The notes beneath the pieces were generated by a model. It was not told the origin of the DNA, did not search any database, and saw only the letters and a program-made list of their open reading frames with translations. The position numbers and the translations under genes were made by a program. A stretch of DNA of 64,000 bases from Antedon mediterranea (Eukaryota > Animalia > Echinodermata), in NCBI RefSeq assembly GCF_964355755.1, contig NC_092671.1, forward strand, positions 6,758,001 to 6,822,000, in the 5' to 3' direction. Position 1 is the first letter of the stretch; the number at the start of each line of letters is the position of its first letter. Below, piece after piece: positions 54,850 to 64,000 of this stretch.

Positions 54850-56825
54850 TAAACAAAGCGAAATCCCAAAGGGAAAATGATATAACAGAAAGACATTGAT
54901 TAGTGGAATCATAAAATTCCATTTGGATTGTGTCAGGATGCTCCCAGATTGCTTTTCTAGAAATTTGCCGTTTTTATGATGTAATCAAAATAAATCCCAA
55001 CTGAAGATGCCGTAACAGCAATATGTTTAGTGAGAGAATGATAACATTATATTTGGATTGTGTGCCTATACTGTATTATGTTCCTAGCTTGGTGTGGTTG
55101 GAATGTTTAATCTTTTGTTTATTATATAATTTAAATCATAAGAAATCCTAAAGGAAAATAACAGAAAGATGTTAAGTGACGGAAGGATAAGCTTTCTGTA
55201 GGGTTGTTACAGTTGTACGTTCTTATCTCATTTTGAAATCTACATATTGCCACTACAATTAAATAATGAAATATTTTGTTTTTAATTAGTACTAAAAACT
55301 AGCAGCTTAAGTACCTTTATATTGAATTTGTGAATTTGATTTTATATCTGTTGATAATTTTCCTTTTTGCATATTTGTTTGATTAATTCAGTAAAACATC
55401 AGCTGACTGCACTGCCAGGCAAATTTGAAACATAAACTTCTCTAAATATGTATCTTTGTTTATGTTATCTATCATGTTACGAATTTCTTCACACTCTGAT
55501 GTTCTAGTCAAAAAAGCATTTTGTTTTCTGTTTTTTTTTATACTGATTTTTGGTTTTATTTGACCAAGACAAATATACTAAAAAACAATCCCTTACTAAA
55601 ATCTAATTGTCCAATAAAGACCCCCAGATATGGGTTATAATTAATTGTTAATGTTTCCCATATAAGATCAATTATAAAATAATTATTATGGTAATAATTT
55701 CTATTTTCAGTTCATGTTGATCTCGCCATTTTTATTATTATAATGTGTTGCCTTTAATTAAGCTCATTAACTCTATACCTATTGTTTTCACATTCAACAA
55801 TGTAAAACAGACTCTTCTACAAAACAAGTGATGAAAGTTTTTTAAGTTCTAACCATATTATGGTTTGTGTAAAAATATTTATCTGAGAAGGAGTTGTGTC
55901 CTGACTTTCCATACAATAAGTACAAAGTATTATATCCTTTCTCAAGACTAAAATACTATAGTTCACTATTAATATTTAGGCTGCAGACTTTAGTAAGACA
56001 AATGCCTGTCATTTTGTGCCAAATACTATATATTCTACTGTACCAAATAAACCTTGATCACAATGCTTTACTGGAGTCATTTTGCCCAATATTAGTATCA
56101 TATATGAACTAGTATAGTCCCAGTGGGCTTGTATTTGAAATTTGGTAACAATTAGTTTGTTGGACTGTACTCAGATTGTATTGACAATTAATTTACTTCA
56201 AGTGTACATTATGGTGTAGGATTATAGTTGAACATATACTTGAGTCATATACGGTAGTAGCTATGTTTAAAATTTCATGTGTTTTTTAATGATAATGAAC
56301 TGATTAAAAATACTAATTTAATTTATTATTATTATAAAAACAAGTTATTACCAATGAATGAACTATGTTAATCAATCACATGTTATTGGCTGATGAATTC
56401 TTACTTTGGGACCCCCTTAATGGTCCGGTGTGTTAATCCAATTTTCATGTTAAGGAATGTTAAATAAATTATCAGAATTGTCAAATATTTGTTAGAATTG
56501 TCTTTTTTCATTTTTTTTTTTTTTTTTTTGGTCACACAAATAAAACCTAAAACTTTCCAGATAAGGAAAGTTTTATACAATGCCAGAGCTGATCCTATTA
56601 TGGAATTAATTTTATTTTCGCCAAAGATGTTTGAACCATTTTAGTGGTTTTAGCAACCGAGTGTGTATGTACTCTGTGCTGCTACTGCTAGCTGTGGTAT
56701 TATTATATCAAAGAATGTGTGCTGTGTGGTATACAGAGTATATAGAGGGCGTCTGTTTCTTTGTTATAAAAAAAAATCGCTCGTCTGTGTTTCTTGTTTT
56801 CAACCACCAGATTTGTGTAAATAAA

Positions 56826-59800
56826 ATGTCATCTAAACATGTTCCTCTTGCTACATTTGGTAAAAAACCCGATACCTTTAGGTTTGAAGAAGGAGGGGAA
56901 AGGTTTATGATTGGTTCTGAGGTAATTTATTGTTTTATTTTTCCTATAAATACAGCTTGACCTAGACGGCTAGCTAGGCCTAGGTATGTCTATTTATAAA
57001 CAGCTCTATGAAATTGTACGTACGTCTCACGAGCGATTATTGATGAGGGGATTGTTCCCGAGCGAGCCGGGGTATGCCTAGCCTACTAGGCCTAGCATTG
57101 CAAGGCAAGCATAGCCAGGCCTATGTGCTAATTATAATTAATATAGTGATAATAACGGCGCTAGTTCCGTTTCGCACCTGTCATTTATTTCGACTCAACA
57201 TTTGTTAAGAAACTTTATCGTGAGTACCACACCTTAGAATTAGACCTCAAAAATACTTTTACGAAGGAGATCACACAAAAAGTGACAAATAAATGCTTTA
57301 AATTGATGAATTTACAGACGTGTTTCTCGCACATCAGTTCGTCAATTTCGCATACGCCATGTTCAATGTTGTTGTTTCTATGGAGCGCCAAAAGAGCAAT
57401 CATAATAGAGGGCTAAAAACTTAATATAATGCATATATTTAATGCATTTATTGGTGAAAATTATGTTCAATTTTAATATATTTTGTCAATGTCAATGCAA
57501 CAAAACCCTAGGCCTAAATCAGCATCACTACCTAGCCTAGGCCTAAGACCAAGAGGAATATTATTTAGATCATTGAGATATAAAAACTACAGTACATGTA
57601 ATAATATGACGATGAATTTGTCGATTTTCATTCTTAAAAGTTAACGAAAACTGCAAAAACCATGTACAGTATCAACAGTAACATGTGTTGCATTGACATT
57701 GACAAAATATATTAAAATTGAACGTAATTTTCACTAATAAATGCATTAAATATACGCATTATATTGAGTTTTTAGCCCTCTATTATGATTGCCCTTTTGG
57801 CGCTCCATAGAAACAACAACATTGAACATGGCGTATGGAACCGATGTGCGAGAAATACCTCTGTAAATTCATCAATTTAAAACATTTATTTGTTACTTTT
57901 TGTGCGATCTCCTTCGTAAAAGTATTCTTGAGGCCTAATTCTAAGGTGTGGTACTCACGATAAAGTTTCTTAACAAATTTTGAGTCGAAATAAATGACAG
58001 GTGCGAAACGGAACTAGCGCCATAATAACTGACTATTTGATGGTTGAAAAGCATTTTATGACATCTCAGTAAAATGTATCACTATCAAATCAGAAGTTAG
58101 AACATTCAATTAATTTTCTATCGCCGTCTGCTGCATGATAATAATATGGTTACTGGTAGGTGACCGTGTTACTACATACGTGTTGTTACTATCTAGACTG
58201 CTCTTTTTGTATAAAAATCATGTAGGTTGGTAATTACTTGCGTATGTTCCGAGGTTCACTTTACAAAAAATATCCATCACTATGGCGACGTTTAGCTTCC
58301 ATGCAAGAAAGAAGAATGATTGTCAAACTAGGAGAGCGTAAGTTTTTTAAATGGAATTTAATATTCATTACTGTATTTCCCAAATCCTTTATCCATAGTG
58401 CATTTTAATTATTTTCCAAATGTTCTCATCATTTTGTACTGTAAACTGCCAGCAACGAATAAATGACTCGAGCTTACTGTAGAATTGCTTTAAAACTCTT
58501 TTTTCCACTTCTGAATAAATTTAAATTTAAACTCATTCTTAGAATTGTGCCACCAATTTATGATAAAATACTCAAAAAATAGTTTCTTCCAAAATCATTT
58601 GGAGGAATGACGGACCATGATCGATACTGTGAGTATAGTATATTATAACCTGATAAGGCGAAATAAGAATGAAGAAATGTAGGAAGGTGGACTTGTCTGG
58701 CTAGACAAGAAGGTTCCCAAATCACTCCTATTCTTTTTGTTGTTTTGTAGGTTTTGGTCAACATGGCCTGGCAACTAATGTTACGTTACTAAAAGCAATA
58801 GAAGTAGAAGAAATACTAGAAGGAAATGAAGAAAAGTATAAAGCTGTTTCAATAAACACAGAGTTGACACCTCTCAGGTTAGTGATACAATTTAAGTAGT
58901 AGTCATGCCATTATCAATGATGCCATCTTTCTTTAATTTATCATTTGTGTTATATGATGCAATCTCAATAATGAAATGTCATTAATCCTAATGCTAATTA
59001 TATATTAATTAATGTCTTTAATCTCTGTAATATTCTAGAGACTCAAAACAGAAACGAAGTCGTGACTGGGTTCCTGCTGTTCCTAATAGCTCTCATCATC
59101 TGGATGCAGTGCCTTGTTCCACTCCAATAAGTCGTACTAGAATAACTGGTAAAAGGCAACGTACATTTCCATTATGGTATGTGGCAGCGTACAGTTTCTT
59201 ACAATAAAAAATTAACCACCTTTGTTTGTAGAATTAAGCTTCCAGTAATGGAAATTACTGTGGAATGTTTTAATAAATACTTTTTAAATAATTTACTTGT
59301 GTGTACATAAACAGCCAAGTAGAATTTATTAATATTTGTATCTTTGAATAACTGATACAAATTTACAAGCACTGATATGACAGAGGTGTATGTAAATGAG
59401 AGATGTTACATTATGTGGGTGCTGTGCAAGGCTAAACCCAGGTTATGAGTGCTCACTGGCTAACCCTAGGGGCCACACAGAGCTTGTGGGGGCCCATGAG
59501 CAGTGCCCAGAGCAAAAAAACTGGCATTAAAATATGTCGAAAAAGGTTAAAAATGGCCAAGGCCTCCAGCATTGAAGGGCCACTTAGGGTTCCTAAACCA
59601 AGGACCCCAGGCCTTGGTGTTATGCCACTGGCTAAACCATTGTGCCATGGGCTAAACCATTGTGCCATGGGCCTCTATGTGTTGTTAGTTATTTATTGCC
59701 ATATACATTTCTATTACTATAGTTTTGATGATCATGATCCATCTGTTCATCATGAGAATGGTGCCAACCAGGAAGTACTTGTACCAATCCGATTGGATAT

Positions 59801-62800
59801 GGAGATTGAAGGACAGAAATTGAGGGACACATTCACATGGAATAAAAATGGTAAGTTTAGAAAAACTTTTCTTCTATATAGTTATGAAACACAAATGATG
59901 GTTCAATGGTAATTTTTATTTTAGAATATACTAGGGACTACACACTCCAAGGGTCCTAGGTTCAAGTCATGATTTTTTTTAAGGACCAAGTTACAACTCC
60001 ACTCCCAAAGACTTGTAATAAGACTTTGTTTATGTAGAGCACCTTGTGTATATGTTTGTCTTGTGAACCTCTGAGGGTTCCTAATGATCAGCAATTGCTG
60101 GATGGATCACCCTCATTAAATATAGTAAAAAAAAAAAAAACAAAAAAAAAAAAACATTCTAACAAATGAATATAAGTTCGGAATAAGCTCCGCCCACAAT
60201 TGATGATTGATTTAGGTGCAGGGGTGGCGCCAGGATCTTCCCGACGCGGGGGCTACATTCCCCGACGAGGGGGCTATGCGAGCATCACTATGCGAGCCCC
60301 CGGAAGCAACGCGTTCTAGCGTCATTTGAGGTCATTTTAATCAGATTTAGGGTAGCCATTTTTTCCATTTTTTATAATGCATAAATAAAATACTGCGTGC
60401 AAAAAAACGATGCGCGATGACTGTTTCAATCCATATTTTTCGATTTAAAAAATAAAAGTTCAAAGAAAATTTAGAAAAATAGAGTTGGAGGTCCCGGAAA
60501 TTGGACTTATTATACTTCAAAACATGAAAAAAAATATATAAGTCCCTATCATGGTTGTGACTGAGCTAAGAAATGTAGAAAAAAAAATAGAGATGTTAGG
60601 TCCCGGAAAATGCACTTCTTGTACTTCAAAATATGACCAGCTTTATTGTTGGGGCTGAGCTAAGAAAATGTTTAAAACTAGAGCTGCAGGTCTTCAAAAA
60701 ATTGCATTTTATACTTTGGAAACATCAGGCCTAGAGGCTTAAAAAACGCAAGTAGACCTTTTTCAGTCGGGGAAATAAGTTTATTCCTCCCAAGTGTATG
60801 CGTGCGTACCATCTGGACTTCCGAGTGGTGAGAAATTCATGACATACAGGACATTGAAAATGTAATAACTTAGCTATAATAAGATGTTGGCTAAGCAAAA
60901 ATGGCACGTTTTTTTTGTTTAGTAATGGATGAAAAATTTATTTTAGGTGCCCCACGGTACAGAATGTTACTTGTAAATTAAAAGATTGGTGAACATACGA
61001 ACAATTAACTTAATTCGTTTTTGCTGTAGTGTAGCGTACGTCGACGCAGTACACGACGTAACCGTCGGTAAACTGCGCCTGGAAAATAACTACAGTACAC
61101 ATTTTGGTCCCCTGATGGAACATGATATCACGCGTCTCGACCCAACGTTGAACGATTCGTACAAAGGGATACCGCCAGACAAGTGCGTACATAGCTATTG
61201 TTTAGTAGTAAGTTAGATCGCTGGCAATAATGAATGCATATAAAGTGCATAATATCACTCTGACGTACTCTCACGGTCAATGAAACGTCGCGGTTTTCTA
61301 GGCGCTGAAGCTAGCTACGAAGTGAACGCGAACGCTTTTTACTGTATATTATATTCCCCGACAAAAAGTACCCGTGTTCCCTTCGGTAACCGTCGGTAAA
61401 CTTCGCCTGGAAAATAACTACATTACACATTTTGGTCCCTGGATGGAACTTGATATCACGCGTCTCAACCCAAACGTTGAACGATTCGTACAAGGGATAC
61501 CGCCAGACAAGTGCGTACCTAGCTAATGTTTAGTAGTAAGTTAGATCGCTGGCAATAATGAATGCATAAGTGCATAATAGCCCTCTGACGTACTCTCACG
61601 GTCAATGGAACGTCGTGGTTTTCTAGGCGCTGAAGCTGTATGAAGTGAACGCGAACGTTTTTTACTGTATATTATATTCCCCGACAAAAAGTACCCGTGT
61701 TCCCCGACGGGGGGGGGCTAGGCTCCCCGACGAGGGGGGCTAGAGCCCCCGTAGCCCCCCCCCCCCCCCCCCCCCCCGCTGGCGCCACCACTGTTTAGGT
61801 GATGACCACATGTGTATCCAAAACAAATTGTAACTTATGCTTATTAATTATATTTTTCGACCAATTTGTGTATTACTATTCTTTTTAAACAATAAATAAG
61901 CAAAATATCATTTCATCAACATTTTCTATCATAAAAATAATTCTTTTGCTTTCCTTGAGCAGAACATCTCATTACACCAGAGATGTTTGCAGAGGTGCTC
62001 TGTGAAGATCTTGAACTTTTACCTTTGAACTTTGTTCAACCAATTGCACAAGCCATTAGGAGTCAGATTGAAGCCTTTCCTGCAGACAACAGTATTCTTG
62101 AAGCTAACACTGACCAACGAGTCATTTTAAAAGTAAGTGACTAGTGTCTATATTAAGGACTTATAATACAGACCTACTTTTGTACTTTGTGTCCATACAG
62201 ACAGAATCTTATTAATTTATAACAAGGGCTATGTAGATCAGTGTATTGAGGTAACCACCTACTCATGTACAGGTGTTTTTAAAGTGAGCAAGTTATGCCC
62301 AATTGAATCTACTGTTTATTGTCCTAAATAAGACCTGTTTTACCACCATTTTATTTTGTGTGTTCAATTGTTGCATTATTAACATAATTTTATTTTTTAC
62401 TATATTCCATTTACATTTTATAATAATTATTTAATTGTATTTTTAATATAGTATTGTATTTAGTGTATTCTGTAATTAGGCCTTTGGTTTTTTTATAAGA
62501 TGTGATTTGAAATAAAAATTTATTTTTTCTTTCAGCTCAATGTCCATGTAGGCAATGTATCATTAGTAGACCAATTTGAATGGGACATGTCAGAAAAAGA
62601 TAATAGTCCAGAGGAATTTTCACTAAAACTGTGTGCTGAACTAGGCCTAGGAGGAGAGTTCATAACGGCTATTGCATACAGTATTCGGGGTCAGTTGAGT
62701 TGGCATCAGAGAACGTATGCATTTAGGTAAGCCGCTCTACGTCTAAATTTAGCCTGTAGAGAATTTTTAAAGGCAGTAATAATTGGAGAAGTAGTCCACT

Positions 62801-63686
62801 CGGCTTAAATGGTTACTCGCCTTAAATGGGCGGGTATCATACCTAGTGTATACAATCTATATTTATGTATAGAAAAAGAAAAGATGTTGAGTACTGTGCC
62901 TGTTTGGTTGATATTTAATTTGTGTTTTAAGATTGTAAATACTGGTTATATCGTTTTTTAAATGATTATTATATTATTTGTTCACTCATAAGCCAGAATT
63001 GGCTGGCCTTTTAGTAATCAAGGGTGTGATTAAATAAAAAAATAAATAAAAGCATAAATATATTTTTGTTTGCACTTCAGCGAAGCACCGTTACCTACTG
63101 TAGAGATTGCGATTCGTAACCAAGGGGAAGCAGACTCCTGGTGCCCCTTCCTAGAGACGTTAACAGATGCAGAAATGGAAAAGAAGATAAGAGATCAAGA
63201 TAGAAACACAAGGTAACACTATCAGGAATTTATAATTCTTTCAATAATATAGTGTGACAAAAAAAAAGTGTAAATCATACATGGCTATGTATTACTATTC
63301 TTTATTAATAACCTGTAAAATGTACTGAAGCAATACCAACATGTGTAACTGTATTATCATTTTTATTAAACCTAATGTATATGTATGATCTGTTATTGTG
63401 CATTTCTGAATTTAATACTGTATACATTATCAAACTTATCTGTGATAACCCATATTTAATCTCTTATATTTTCACCTGACTCACTGCCCCCCCCCCTCCC
63501 AAATCCAAAAAAAAAAAATTCTCTAAGAGTAGAGTGAATAGCATTTCACAATCTTTTTTGCTTATGAATATTAATTATTAGTTATTTTCATTATGAATCA
63601 TAATAATTTCTATCAAATAAAATAAATTGTAAATTTTATTTTTCAGACGAATGAGAAGACTTGCAAACACAGCACCATCTTGGTAA
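56826..63686 (+). CDS. SMARCB1: SWI/SNF core subunit SMARCB1 (SNF5/INI1/BAF47)
   Basis: Nine exons: 56826-56921 (TFGKKP...FMIGSE), 58226-58337 ([22 protein letters not shown]), 58751-58877, 59039-59176 ([16 protein letters not shown]), 59723-59850 ([26 protein letters not shown]), 61963-62132, 62536-62726 ([11 protein letters not shown]...LGLGGEF), 63081-63212 ([25 protein letters not shown]), 63647-63686 ([12 protein letters not shown] stop). Confidence 0.98.
57157..58021. mobile_element. Foldback element with ~340-bp TIRs and an 8-bp TSD (Merlin- or MULE-like) in SMARCB1 intron 1
   Basis: 57157-~57502 is the near-perfect reverse complement of ~57686-58021. Termini GGCGCTAG...CTAGCGCC. TSD ATAATAAC at 57149-57156 and 58022-58029. 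Confidence 0.92.
59936..60153 (+). mobile_element. 5'-truncated SINE family B copy with poly(A)
   Basis: Matches the reverse complement of 40262-40480 (CACTCCAAGGGTCC...ACAACTCCACTCCCAAAGACTTG...CCCTCATTAAATAT, then A-run). Confidence 0.85.
60219..61793. mobile_element. Non-autonomous hAT-like DNA transposon (1575 bp) in SMARCB1 intron 5
   Basis: TIRs CAGGGGTGGCGCCAG and CTGGCGCCACCACTG, exact 8-bp TSD TTTAGGTG (60211-60218 and 61794-61801), subterminal CCCCGACG repeats, and an internal ~328-bp tandem duplication (61058-61385, 61386-~61709). Confidence 0.9.
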
Positions 63687-64000
63687 CAACTACAGTCACA
63701 GAAGTTAGAGCAAAGCTACGAACCTCACGTTCATGTTTATGATGCATTGGCATTTGGACTGCAGGAATTAAAATACTTTGTACAAATTACAATGTAAATT
63801 GTCAATGATTAAAAGTGGTACAAAAAACAGTGAAGACATACCACGATATTGTTACATACATCAGTATCTATAGTATATACAAAGTAATTTGGTTTAATCA
63901 TAGCAGAACATTATACTAACAAGTGTGTTGAATGATTGAAAAGTAGTACTGTATTGTACCCTTTCTTTAGTAACTTAAGTGGGTGACCTCTAGTATTGAC

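Noticed and set aside
55811-55894. Possible C/D box snoRNA (GTGATGA...CTGA with a weak terminal stem)
   Set aside because: The C box is too far from the stem, I recognise no rRNA-complementary guide, and it is not in a demonstrated intron.
59423-59675. GC-richer segment forming the N-terminus of ORF 59445-59912
   Set aside because: Intronic, repeat-like sequence with a 20-bp duplication; the true SMARCB1 exon starts at 59723. The ends are too degraded to classify.

Overview
AT-rich, intron-containing animal genomic DNA, probably a marine invertebrate deuterostome such as an echinoderm (inference from the Nin/Deu-type SINE, the SRCR-bearing adhesion GPCR and the fibropellin-like EGF repeats). 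I spliced the genes by hand on GT-AG boundaries with phase checks. From left to right: (1) an adhesion GPCR with 2 SRCR domains, GAIN/GPS and 7TM (minus strand, running off the left edge); (2) a 1551-aa Delta-like protein with C2/MNNL, DSL, 29 EGF repeats, a SEA-like module with a furin site, a TM helix and a short tail (plus); (3) LZTFL1/BBS17 (minus), head-to-head with (4) eIF4B (plus); (5) a PAR-type bZIP factor (minus), head-to-head with (6) an unannotated spliced transcript that is either a lncRNA or a microprotein gene (plus); (7) SMARCB1/SNF5 (plus). Introns hold many non-autonomous elements: Helentron-like, hAT-like, a long-TIR foldback, several MITE families, tRNA-derived SINEs, a Penelope-type hammerhead relic and minisatellites. 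The most notable observations are the ligand/receptor-hybrid architecture of the DSL protein, the modular all-phase-1 exon array encoding the eIF4B DRYG region, the unannotated spliced gene and a D-box cluster around the bZIP gene. No database searches were run; all family calls come from motif recognition.
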